Made by a program: the position numbers and the translations under genes. A DNA stretch of 63,346 bases. Source: Pocillopora damicornis. Lineage: Eukaryota. Position 1 is the first letter of the stretch. Each line of letters opens with the position of its first letter. Of this stretch, positions 25,995 to 37,600 are shown piece after piece. The stretch is taken from positions 62,001-125,346 of the forward strand of contig NW_020844919.1 in the NCBI RefSeq assembly GCF_003704095.1, written 5' to 3'. The notes beneath the pieces were generated by a model that saw only the letters and a program-made list of their open reading frames with translations, ran no database searches and had not been told where the DNA came from.

Positions 25995-26600
25995 AATCTC
26001 AGCTTCTCGTCATCCCCGGTCACTTGAACTACTCTAGGGCTACGCCTTGGGCTTGGAGCCATGACATCATTAATAATAAATGGAATAGGAGTCACCTCTG
26101 CTGAATCCGTGAACGACAAACTCTCTCTGATTTCGCCAACTTTTCCTTTAATTCTTAAATGGATCCAACAGAAAACAAGGAAAATATATATTTTGATACC
26201 ACTATTGCAATATTTTCGCGGTGTCTTCACAGACCAAGGGTAGACTGCATAATTCCTCGTAATAATAACTCGTAAGCGGGTTAAGATTTCCAACTCTGGC
26301 ACTCTTTATGTTTCTGGACCATCTAAGTCTTAGTCATAGCATGTCGTTTTACTCTGATGATTCTCAATCGGTGAAGAACTAATACAACAAATCTCATCTT
26401 CCCATCATCCCAGGTCACTTCAACTATCCAAAGGCTACGCCCTTGCTGCATCCGTGAACGATAAACTCCCTGATTTCGATTACTTTTCCTTTAATTCTTG
26501 AATGGATCAAACAAAAAACAAGAAAAGTATATATGTTTAAAACCACTATTGTAATATTTTCACAGTAATTTCACAGATGAAAGGTAGACTGCATAATTCC
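25995..26600. repeat. Diverged local direct duplication (about 25995-26256 and 26389-26600)
   Basis: Shared blocks ggtcactt.aacta, atccgtgaacga.aaactc, acttttcctttaattctt.aatggatc, accactattg.aatattttc and ggtagactgcataattcc; the second copy has a deletion of about 45 bp. Confidence 0.85.
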
Positions 26601-26640
26601 AATTTTTGTCTTGTCCCTCCGATTACACGGGTTAAATACA

Positions 26641-26784
26641 AGGGGGAGGGGTAGGGGGAGGGGGAGGGGTATGTTAAGAACATTACAGAGCCTTGTGGAG
26701 GGATCAGGTGAATTATATTGTGTTACAATTAAAATTCTCCAACTCCAATCCTCCCCTCCTAGGCGATAAATAACAAACGGTTCC
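26641..26784. mobile_element. Partial copy of the 17981-18303 MITE family, immediately 3' of TAZ gene 2
   Basis: Shared aagaacattaca.agccttg..gggatcaggt block and cccctcc..ggcgataaata end. Confidence 0.55.
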
Positions 26785-26798
26785 GCTCCATCGTGCCT

Positions 26799-27920
26799 TT
26801 ATACTTGCGTCCCCAGAAATACTTTGGTTTCGTGTAAAACGTCTGTTAGTAACCGAATGCACATCTGCTGTTCCTCCGTGGACTTTGTTTGCATCAGCAG
26901 GCGTTGAATACTGTATAGCGCATACATTAGGCGTGCTTTCATCTGAGTTCTGGTATTACCAGTATCATTGTCAGCTCCATTATCTACGTTAAAATTCCTC
27001 TTTTGCGGTGTATTACCGGAAGTTCCAGGTTCTTGAGGAAAAGGAGGACTTGTCTCTGAATGTATTCTCTGGCGCTGTACTGCATTGTCGATTTGGCTTG
27101 TCTGCAGAAGCGCGGCATTCTGGCCTTGCCCAAGAGTAAACGGATACGGGACGTCGTTACCAACACTGTTGTTCGGAGCTGACGCTTTAGCCCAAGCATT
27201 TATTGTTGTATCCTGTGAGTACGGCGAAGAGCCAGTGGCAGTGGGCGGTGTTGTTAAGGTGCCTGCTGAGGATACTGGAAAAAGCTCCATTAAAGCACGA
27301 CGCGTTAAGCCTGTCATACCATTGGCTGCGTTTACACTGGATTGATCTTTACGTTGTAAAAGACAAGACTGAGGAGCCAGATGTGCAGGCGAACAGGTCG
27401 TTTGAACCGAGCTTGAATGGTTAATCAATACGTTTAATGGTTGAACGGTTGGGTTGACTTTCATCGCGTCTTTCGCGTTTTTTAAGTAAGGAGGAGGTGC
27501 TGGGGTTGATTTTGCCAGTCTCTGAGTCACTTTACTCCTCACTCCTTGAGGTCTTGATATCTCAGAACTATCTCTTTGTTCGAATGAAAACTCTAGGGGA
27601 AAATTGTCTTTGATTACATCCCCTAGGTGATCATTCAAGTCAGTTTGGGCTCCTTTGTAAGGGTTGTCATTTGCACCCATGCGAAAAGGTATTAGGCACT
27701 TGGGTTCAATACAGGATCCAGCAGGTTCTATAGTTAGGGTTTTCAACGTTTGAGAAACTTTGCAGGCATTAACAGTTTGAAATCCCTGCGAATTTTTTAG
27801 CTGTAAAAGTTTCTTATTTACGCATATCGGAATGATACATGCGGAATCTGAGCAATTTAAGGCGTGCTGTTGTAACCCTTGCGAATTATGGAGTATTCTC
27901 TTTGGTTCTGGTTCTGCCAT
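26799..27920 (-). CDS. TAZ-family protein 2 with degenerate zinc finger (373 aa from the likely ATG)
   Basis: Part of the 415-aa ORF. An acceptor (cacag) at about 27954 precedes MAEPEPK at 27920. The first HCCC site is intact (HALNCSDSACIIPIC), sites 2-3 are decayed; C-terminal MKARLMYAL motif parallels LKARLMDAL of paralog 1. Confidence 0.8.
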   Translation of the reverse strand: MAEPEPKRILHNSQGLQQHALNCSDSACIIPICVNKKLLQLKNSQGFQTVNACKVSQTLKTLTIEPAGSCIEPKCLIPFRMGANDNPYKGAQTDLNDHLGDVIKDNFPLEFSFEQRDSSEISRPQGVRSKVTQRLAKSTPAPPPYLKNAKDAMKVNPTVQPLNVLINHSSSVQTTCSPAHLAPQSCLLQRKDQSSVNAANGMTGLTRRALMELFPVSSAGTLTTPPTATGSSPYSQDTTINAWAKASAPNNSVGNDVPYPFTLGQGQNAALLQTSQIDNAVQRQRIHSETSPPFPQEPGTSGNTPQKRNFNVDNGADNDTGNTRTQMKARLMYALYSIQRLLMQTKSTEEQQMCIRLLTDVLHETKVFLGTQV

Positions 27921-30851
27921 TAGTTTAACTCGAATGTCCCTGGCGGGAAGAACCTGTGTGGTTGAAAGTAAAGATGAGAACAGATGGATGGTTTGGATTA
28001 AATACCCTTGGCGTGCACAATCCATGAATAAATCTATGTATATCACTTAGCATTCAAAGTTGCGTTCAATAAAAAAATACCGGCAGCTTGTGATATCTCC
28101 CTTTTCCGTGTTTCTTGACGAAAGGGATTCAAATTTCTCAGTTCCCTTTGCGCTGAACTCTCGCGAATATGGGGCTCTCAAGCTGAGGAATTTTATTGAC
28201 ATTCCTTAATAGATAATAAAATGATAATAGGTGGGTCGTTTGTGGCGTGAGGGTAATTATTTTTCCCTTAAGGCGGAATTTAATAGTTAATAGTTGCTAA
28301 GAATTAAAGATTGTGCTTTTAGCTTTGGCTAAAATATTTCTTTTCATATCGGACACTATTGCCACGAAGTAACAGAGTCACGGTGAAAAGGTTTGAGTCG
28401 TTTTTGTGCAACAAGTAGAAGGAAACGGTTGATCCTAATTTCCAAGGTGAAAAAGTTCTTAATTTGCAATGTTACAGGCACACTTAGGGTTGCTGTTTCC
28501 ATAGCTTCTCCCAACTTCAAAGATACTCGCTAAAGCGTGAGGCCGAGGAAAGAGGCCGCAGAAATTTTTCCCTCTCGTCATTTGTTTTCACTCATTTTTA
28601 TTCGTGGCTTGGAGCCCATACTTATCTCTCATCTTTTCAAGCTTCATTTTGCAATTCTACTTGAGTGCGAATATGAGTCATGTTTACCTTTAAGGCGATT
28701 TGAGTTTACTGACTTTCCAGATTATCAGAAGATGCTATTTCGTTGCATGTTAAGCGATTAAAGCTTACAACCAGAGGTAAAAAATTGAATTGCTTTGCCA
28801 ACCTTTTTCAGGTTACGCATTTGCGATTTAACAGAAATGAAAATTGTTTTATTCACCCAGCACCCATAGAGGGCTGTCCTTAATAAATATACTTGTTTCA
28901 AAATTATTCATATCACAAAAATTACACCTCTTCAGTTGTTTTCAAATCATAATTCTAAGTGTCAAGCTACTTTCTCCCTGCAAGAGTCCACTATTTAAAA
29001 TTTCGATAAACGTACTTTTGGGATGCATTTGAAAATGCATCGTCTCTTGGGCAGTCATATCTACCACAAGAATTAACTTCATTCTATGAAGTAATCGGTA
29101 GCACCCAAGGATATTAAGGTGAAAATTTAGCATTGATCAAAATCTCACCTGTTCTGCAGCTCAGTTCTTTTACTGCAAAACTGTTCTTCCTTACTTGTGG
29201 TAATTTCTCCCCAAAATAAAGCGTGTGAAATTGTTACTGATTGTTCGGTTATTTAACCTAGTCGAAAGATAACAATTTCCTGTGTGGGTTGGATAGCGAA
29301 ATGTACCAGATAGTTCTACCTTGGAATTTTTCCCACCGTGACCACCCACGCTTTTGGTATCAGACCGGCCGATGTGTTTCCAAGTTAAATATTTATTTTA
29401 GACGAGGACTTTTCAACCATTTCATTTCATTTATAAACTCTTTTCTCCATGAAAATACAACAGTACAAAAGGGCACTTAGAAAAAAAGAAAAAAGAAAAG
29501 GTTGGATAGATAAAGGTAACTCCTTGTTCGTTATTTTCTTCTCCCACTGTATTGAGGTTATTTGCAAAACCGTGCGATGGGTCTCTCGATGTCACGGTCT
29601 GTCTAACATGCACGTATGTATGAATATAGTGAAGACAAATTCGCGTAACTGGAGTAACTTATAAAAAATCTTAAATATTAGGCCGCAGATAATAAACATT
29701 AGGATCAGTTCTGCTAAAAAAAAGTTTAAAATACTTTTAATTTTTGTCTTTTATTTGCATTCCCCCGCATTCCTAAAGTTTTCTAGAATTTTAGTTTACT
29801 TTTAAAGGTGACCCAAAGAGGTCATGTTAAAATATCTCAGTACCCAGTAATTAAATGGGTCAACAACTCAGGCTATATCATAAAATTATTTTAATTTTAA
29901 ACATAGGCAGGACCAATTAGCAATCGGACCAAGTTCGACTCATCTAAATTGTTTTAATTGTAAACAAAGGCAGGACTCACTTTTAATCGGACCACGCAGG
30001 ACTTTATCTGAAACTGCAAGAGTTGTTTATCTGATTTTAAGGAAAAGCACTTTCAATTTTTGTGTTAAAAGACACTAATTTATAATTAATACTAATTTAG
30101 TTCAAACATCATATGAAACGTTTCACTTCAGCTTTACTTCAACGCTTCTCCTTATTCTTATATAAACCAAATTGTTAATGGACACCTTTTTCTCCTACAA
30201 TCCCTCTGTGAAGATTCAAGTTTCTGGACAAATCCCAAAACAATTGTGAACGTGATAATCTTTTCCTATTATCTGCAATAAAGTTTATCATAGAATCTCA
30301 TTTTTTACATTTTTGTAGTGCCTTCGACTGCCCGTCACCAACCGGATAAATTATTCGTGAATAGATTCCCTTTGTGACCTTGCGGGCGTAAGAGTATTTG
30401 TTAGACTTAATATGCTATTTTTTTTTGTTATGGCGTTTGTTTAGACTGAATTTTTTTAGGGAATGCTGCACGGTTATTTTATGGAAATTCTACGGTTAAG
30501 ATTGGTATCAGGGAAAAGTGAAGGTATTTTAAAGAGTGATGTCTCTGAAAAACTCGAAATTGCGTAACTTTTGGCTCCCTAAACTGAAGTAGGAAACGCG
30601 AACACCTCCACCGTAACCCCACGGTGTCCAGCCTTTCCGCCATTGGCCTACGCTTTTTTTACCACGTAAAGCCCCTGGGTGGATGGTAAAAAATTCATTC
30701 ACTTGACGGACCCCATCAAAGTTGAGTGGTCAAAATTTAGGCACTCGAAAAATTAATTAAAAAGAAACCTTGACTACGTCTCAAACTGGCTTGCACAGTC
30801 TGAAGACGTCAGTGAAAGGTATTCTCATTTCTTAGTTGATTTTAATATATT

Positions 30852-31177
30852 CGCTTAAGAGAGAATGTTTTTACAACAAACAGGAAACAATTTGTGGCGA
30901 GATATAGACAACATCCTGAAGTGACCGATACAAGCTTGTGTTCACAGTCAGGAAACGTAGTTTANNNNNNNNNNNNNNNNNNNNNNNNNNNNNNNNNNNN
31001 NNNNNNNNNNNNNNNNNNNNNNNNNNNNNNNNNNNNNNNNNNNNNNNNNNNNNNNNNNNNNNNNCGCTTAAGAGAGAATGTTTTTACAACAAACAGGAAA
31101 CAATTTGTGGCGAGATATGGACAACATCCTGAAGTGACCGATACAAGCTTGTGTTCGCAGTCAGGAAACGTAGTTTA
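30852..31177. repeat. Near-identical 113-bp duplication flanking a 100-N gap (probable assembly/haplotype overlap)
   Basis: 30852-30964 is repeated at 31065-31177 with two substitutions, directly on each side of the gap. Confidence 0.85.
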
Positions 31178-33030
31178 CGTGACACTACAGAGAGCGGTAG
31201 AAGACGTGGATGGAACTGGGCGAATATAACACTCGAATGACGAGGGATATGCAAATTAGTGGATCACCATTTTGAAACCCCATTTCATTCAAGAGGTTTT
31301 CTTGTTTCATTTCATTACTTACTTGCTGAGACCAGAAAGTTGTAAATTTTGCTATATTTGTATATCACAATTTTCCACTTCTTCCCAATAAATTAATAGT
31401 GAACAGGCTGTATTATTGCCTAAACGATTGAATGCTTTTAAAAATGACTGGCTTTAATAACCTTACCGAGGGACTGTGACCGACTATATGACTGGCTATA
31501 AATTCCCTAACAGGAACTATGACTGGCTAAATGAATCTACGGCTAAACTATAACATGACGAAGTACTTAGAAACTGTATGCGTTGCCACTCTTCCCTGTT
31601 TTTTTAGCGATGGGTCTTTTCAATCTGACATGTGATATTAAGTTCGTCCCCCTTGGCTAGTACGTAAAATCTGAGAGTTTGCGTGGGTGTCAATTCTGAG
31701 AAATACTGCGCCGTCTAGTAATTATTTTTAGGCTGAGTGTCAATAATTATGAGATTGACTGTTGCATCTGCCAAAATGTCTAAAAAAATGTCTTCTTCTC
31801 TTACATTCCTACGAACTATTTTAACACGAACTTATACAGAGCGTGAAAACGACCACGAACTTAGCCATTACGACTTTCTGTGCGAATTCCCACTAGAATG
31901 TCGGCACGAGCTACCGTTTAAACACATTCTGCTAATTCGGGCTGTAACAGTCACTTTGTGATGAACTGTTTCTCCTCGTGAAAATGGCAATAGATTTCCG
32001 CGCAATTTTCTTTTGCCCTCAGAGGTTTTTAAATCTTGGTGGCCTTTGACTTATAAAACTGAGTGTTTTCAACTTGTGAAATCAGCGTTCACCTTGGAGC
32101 AGTTCTCTCCGAAATGTTCACAAATTGGTGCGCTACATGAGTAAATTTTTAAATGTTCCACGAGTCTCTAACTTCGCAAGACTAATCACAAAAACAAATT
32201 CTCTCGTATATATAAAGACTTTCATGAAAACTCCCCCATATCACCGAAGGCGAGCTGCCCCTGCGACGTATCCCTAAGATTTGTTCTGGGAGTAAAGCAC
32301 ATGGAACGACTGGTCACTCAATTTGTCAAGTGTGCGAACGCCGCGTGTGTGTTCTTATTCACGCACGGTATGAACAGGCCTTTATGGAACGTGAAAGAAT
32401 GGGAACCCAAGCGTGGTTCTCCCCTCAGGTTATCCTTTTCATTGTAATTTACAAACGGCTTTTCGATAAAATCACTTAAGTTCTCACCTATGAAAATAAC
32501 TGATGCAACCTTAGAATTGCAAAGTTCAGCCCACTGGTAACAAGTAGAATTTTCTATCAAGGTGAGCTTCAAACACTTTATTATTAATTTTACTTAAAAT
32601 GGCACACTCTGAACACAAAGTTATGGTTATAATAATTTGAACCTTTGCGATATTTGGATTGCACCAAAAAATTGGTGTACAATGATTCTTTTATAAAAAG
32701 AAACGCTTATCAAACTAAAAAAAAGCACACTCTGGAAAGGTTAGCAAGGCTGTCCCAAAATTTTAGAGACCAGGAAAACACTCAACTGGTTTCAGTTAAA
32801 TTTTTAGACACCTTATCAAGAAAAATACTCTTACGCAGTGTCCTTATTTGAATCGTGACTTCCACCTGTGACCGAAAATAACGGAGAAGACCTTATCGTT
32901 CTTATCAAAACTTTTGATAAGAACAGTTACAGTTACTCGGCAAAACAGCATTGGACAATGTGAAATGAGTCAAAAAAGTTCAAATGAAAAGATGAGAGGC
33001 TCCGACTATTGAGAGTCAGTATTCAAGACT

Positions 33031-34479
33031 TTACCACTTTGCTATCTCTGTTTTCATCATACCAAGAGTCCGTTCAAGCAAATCAACAAACACAGCTTCT
33101 TGTTTCTCTGTTTTGGGCTGAGTTACAACTCCGAACAGTTGAAATAACGTTTCCAAGAGGACAACCTTCAATGCTGAGGAATTTTCTTTAGATCCAGCGT
33201 TCTCTCCCAGCCACATTTCAAATGTTGGAGATGGTGGTGGTGTGGAGAACATCTCTTCGAGAAAATCATCCACTAAATCATTATTTACTTTACCTTCATC
33301 CTGACAGGCCTGATGAAAATCAGTCTGAGAGGAATCCGAGAAGGTGAACCGACTCTTTGCAGAAACTTTTGAATACTGCACTCCTGCTGTAGGCTTAAAA
33401 GAAGGGACTTTCTTTGGTAAGGTATTTCTTTTGGTGAAGTGGCACTGGTGTGTCATTGAGCCCGCTTTTTCATCCTGTTTCTTGGCGGCAATCCTCAAAG
33501 GTACTCGTGGTGAGAACATGGCTTTGCTGGACTTCTCCTTACAACGGTTGGTGTCGTTCGGCGGGGCCGTTCCTTTAAGTTGGTTAGCTAGTCGCCCAGA
33601 TGATTTTATTCCTATTATTTCGATCTCAGGACTATCATCTTGCTGTGATTTAAGACCAGTAGAGGCACCTCGAATAACTTTAGTCGGTGGAGAAGCCGAT
33701 TCACCAGTAGAGACGGTGATGGCCTCGCATTTCCTTTTAGGGGCTGGTCGAGGTTGGTTCGTAACTGAAAAAATATCCGCTTTGGATGGTAACCGTTTCA
33801 ACGTACAGGTTGGGATGTAGTTTCCATGCAAACTCTCATGGAGGCCAGACTGAGGGTGTTTTGGTTTTTGTACGGTTGACGAACGTTTTCTCAAATCTGG
33901 CAGGATCGGCTCCACTGAGTCAGGGACCTGAGTTGAATTTTCGGTTGCAAGTTGAAAGTAACTTGCCTCTGACAATGGCGCCTGTGTGGCCGGAGTGTTC
34001 CTACTGGGTCCATTGTTGAGTTCAACCAGTGTTGATGTTTCACTGTTTCTAACTGCCATGCAGTGAGAATCACTATGCATTCTGGAAGCTTCCTCTCGTC
34101 TACATTCCTCTTTTGCATCTTGCGAAGGATGAATGGCTTCACCATCTTCTTGGCTGTCCAGTCCTGCATCGAACACTTTCCCTAATTCATCCATGAGTAC
34201 CTGTTGTTGTGCCGTCACTTTGGCTTCCATGCAAAATGGCACACGGCAGTAATAGTCTCTACAGGAATTGGAATGACTTGAGGCGAGAGACTTGATCCCC
34301 TGACAAATTGTACAGTTGTCTACCTTTTTACAGCCTTGCGCGTGCCGCAAAGTTAGTTTTAAGTTAACACAGAGAGGTAAAAGGCAGTTAGGGTCGACAC
34401 AATCCAGTGCATGTGGAAGAAAATTTTGTAGTTCTTCGTGCCAAGCTTGTCCGGACATCGCCTCGTAACGGGAAGCCAT
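33031..34479 (-). CDS. Stand-alone TAZ2-type zinc finger protein 3 (CBP/p300-like fragment, no HAT), 482 aa
   Basis: Single long ORF with three intact HCCC sites (HALDC..C..C, HAQGCKK..C..C, HSNSC..CRVPFC), an S/P/Q-rich linker and the shared C-terminal helical motif; acceptor at about 34509. Confidence 0.9.
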   Translation of the reverse strand: MASRYEAMSGQAWHEELQNFLPHALDCVDPNCLLPLCVNLKLTLRHAQGCKKVDNCTICQGIKSLASSHSNSCRDYYCRVPFCMEAKVTAQQQVLMDELGKVFDAGLDSQEDGEAIHPSQDAKEECRREEASRMHSDSHCMAVRNSETSTLVELNNGPSRNTPATQAPLSEASYFQLATENSTQVPDSVEPILPDLRKRSSTVQKPKHPQSGLHESLHGNYIPTCTLKRLPSKADIFSVTNQPRPAPKRKCEAITVSTGESASPPTKVIRGASTGLKSQQDDSPEIEIIGIKSSGRLANQLKGTAPPNDTNRCKEKSSKAMFSPRVPLRIAAKKQDEKAGSMTHQCHFTKRNTLPKKVPSFKPTAGVQYSKVSAKSRFTFSDSSQTDFHQACQDEGKVNNDLVDDFLEEMFSTPPPSPTFEMWLGENAGSKENSSALKVVLLETLFQLFGVVTQPKTEKQEAVFVDLLERTLGMMKTEIAKW

Positions 34480-34610
34480 TTGTATCAGCTTCTTGAAAGA
34501 GAGTCTTCTGAAGGAAAAAAATCCAGATAAGAAATACCATTATCAGTGATGATGTAAACGAGCAGAAATAGACACATTGAACATGTGATTATCAGCTGTA
34601 CGATTATGCG

Positions 34611-34620
34611 GGGTTTTCCC
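34611..34620 (-). promoter_or_regulatory. NF-kB-type site 5' of TAZ gene 3 CDS
   Basis: GGGAAAACCC on the minus strand, about 130 bp upstream of the ATG (promoter or first intron). Confidence 0.4.
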
Positions 34621-37600
34621 ATAATTAGCGTACACGGGCGTGATGCAGTAACGCATGACTACCTAAGGAAGTTTTAACTTTGTCAACAATCTGTTGTGAT
34701 TAAAAGGACTTGATGATAAATTTGCTTGGCAACCATAATAATGGCAGATGTTGACTCATTTCATTTTGATTGACTGTTTTGAAAGAGAATTGAGAAAACA
34801 TTGTCTCAAAATACAAAAGATAATTTTTTTTGTCTTAAAATATAGCGTCCATAAACGCCTCTCATTCCTTCATGTTATTGCCTCAGCTGACCCGTTAGTA
34901 AGACCAATGGAAGCCATCGTCAAATCATATAAAGAACAGGCTTTCGCAATTGTTAAGAAACGAAATTTGCCATCTAAATCTTACTGACGCTCGATATTGA
35001 TGTCAACAATTATACGTAATACATAAAAGTCGGGGATTTGTAGAATATCTGACACTTTATAGAGATCGTTTATAAAGGGTTCTTTCCCATCCGGGTGGAA
35101 ACATTTACTCAAATGTCAGAAACCGAAGGAAGAGGTTGTGTAAAAGTTAAAGACAAATCTATCCGGCTAAAATTAAAAGTGTTGCGACAGCATGGGCGGT
35201 GGAAACCACAAATTGATAATTTCTTAAGATGGTTGTCAACTGTGACATCAGATCGCTTTTGATCACGATTTTGCCTTGGGGTCATCGATAAGCTGTTTTT
35301 TACGGTTTCAACAAATTAAACACAAAGGAAAAAAATGAAAGTAGTCGAAGAAATGAAAACAAAAGATCGATGGTTCATGAAAGTATACTAGACATTGCAA
35401 ATGGAATGTGCAAAATCATCGTCGGATATCAGTATTCGTAACTTTAAAGTTCCGCATACCTTCCCTAAGTGATGCTTCTACTTAACAAAGCCGAAACCTT
35501 TGAAATATATTTTCCAAAATCACGTTAGAGATATAATTTGAGAAGCTCTCGTATTATCTCTAGAGCTTCTTTTTGATCTTTCGTGAACACATCTACACAT
35601 ACAGTATGCCTCGATGGTAAGCGGATTGTTAAGAACCCTTTGCTATGTGTCCGAACAATCACACCACGTTCTCTGGAGGTTCTGGAAGGGAAACTGACTG
35701 TTTTACCTGTATTAAAATGAATAATTTTACGATGTATCGGTAGCGCTCAAAATTACTGCAGACCAAGTTACGATACTACTCTTTTTCTTACTGCGATACA
35801 CGAACGTCTCGCTGGATTTTGCCGGAGCTTGATGAACCCTGACGCAATTGAACCGTTACATTTGAGTCGTTCGGTTGTGAAGCTTATGGTAAAGAAGTAT
35901 TCATTACGTTATCGAAAACTATGGCCGATTAAGCGAAGGAAAAGTCCAACTGTCAGATCAACAATATTCGTCTAATAACTGTTTGCAGTTTATTTGAGAT
36001 AGATTATACAGACTGCTCAAGTTTTGATAGTATACAAGACTGTACTGTTATGATATTGGATCTCAGTTTTCTATAGAACACCAATATCTACTGTAACATA
36101 TTCATTTAACTTTTCTGTCGCGATGTTCTCAAATAGGATTTTTTCCTACTTGGAATGATTTGTTTGTTTGTTTCCCGTTTTTAATAACCTGAGCCCTAAA
36201 CTCTCAGACCAACAGACTCTTGATAAAATAAACTTTATGATTTATAGTTCGTGCAAATCAACCAAGAGCTGTGCGGATAAAATTTACCTTAAGGCCGGCT
36301 GTTGCAGAGTAAACGAGTGAATTGCCAACGACTTGAAGGAAAATATTTTTTCCAGTAGTACTCCAGAAAAGCTAATTCAAACAGCAGGAGTTTTTTCTTC
36401 ACTTGGACAACGGTATAACAGAATTTACGATACTCACCTTCCGTTTCTTGAATTGACAATTGAGTCCAATCGTCCCAAACGGACTGACTTGTTGCCGTGT
36501 CAATGAGCAAGTTCAAGTGAGAGTTTCTATACCGGCCTCAACTAAAGTATATTAGCGTTATTATGGCTCACTTAACAATTGCAACTTAAGAACATTCCTT
36601 AAGTTGGGCGACCACAGGTGTGTCGCCGGACGACAATAATTCTTTTTTTACTTGGGGAACACCTCGAAAAGCCAGTTTTCTAGTGGAAAAGTATCATTCG
36701 CGCGTTTGAAAGAATATCTGTAAACATTTCGTCGAGAAGAGGGGCACTTTGAGTCAAAAATCGTAAAATCCATTTGCGAAGTGTTGGTCGTGACTAGCGT
36801 GACTTTAGACACTCATTCCTTGCATAATTATAGACACGAATGAGACAAGTGTTCAAGCATTTCCGGACACACCGTTAACTTCATCAAAGCGGAAAATTTT
36901 CGATGACATGAGCGTTAACTAATAACTGATTTATGTAGACTTGCACTCGCGTGCGCTAAAAAGCGATTTTCATGATTACTTTAAGTGCATAAATACTCGT
37001 TAAGTGCAGAAATACTCGTACTTCCTGTTGTTTGCCGTTCATTTTAAAATGACGACAGTGAAGGTAAAATCTTAGCTAATATTGACTTCCATGCTCAAAA
37101 TATCAGCACAGTGGACAAAAAAATCATTGTAAGTGATGTTGCGAGGTTTTTTAGATTACCGTGGTTTCACTAATAAGTCTAAGAAACATAAAATATATAA
37201 AATTAGAGTAATCCTATTCACATATGAAGTGCGAGTAAACCAAGAAAAAAAAATGAAGGCTTAAATGATACTAGAGCTAAAACAGTATTCAAACATCTCC
37301 TCTGTAACCTGCGATTGTGCTTCTCTCTACTTAAAAAGGGATAAAAATTATACCCGACAGCTTGTCGGACCACATCTAAAAAAAAATATAACTTTAAATT
37401 TCAGAAGATAATGAGAATGGTTTGTGACTTTGGATCTTCTGCGAGTATTCGACCATTCTAGTCTATTTTCCTGACATAATGATTGACAATAGAATCGTCT
37501 GAAATAAGGACAAAGGACGCTGTATAAACCACAATCATCTCAAATCGATGCACGTTACGGATCGGTAGATACTGTGACAAAGGGTCCACGATTATGACAC

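Noticed and set aside
27921-28046. N-terminal 42 aa of the 415-aa ORF
   Set aside because: Mostly upstream of a good splice acceptor; the paralogs start close to the TAZ domain, so this is likely intron or UTR.
30852-31177. Direct repeat as LTR or tandem element
   Set aside because: The copies abut a 100-N gap and differ at two sites, typical of an unmerged allelic overlap.
33344-33820. 158-aa + strand ORF and similar ORFs antisense to the TAZ genes
   Set aside because: Shadow frames of real minus-strand CDSs.
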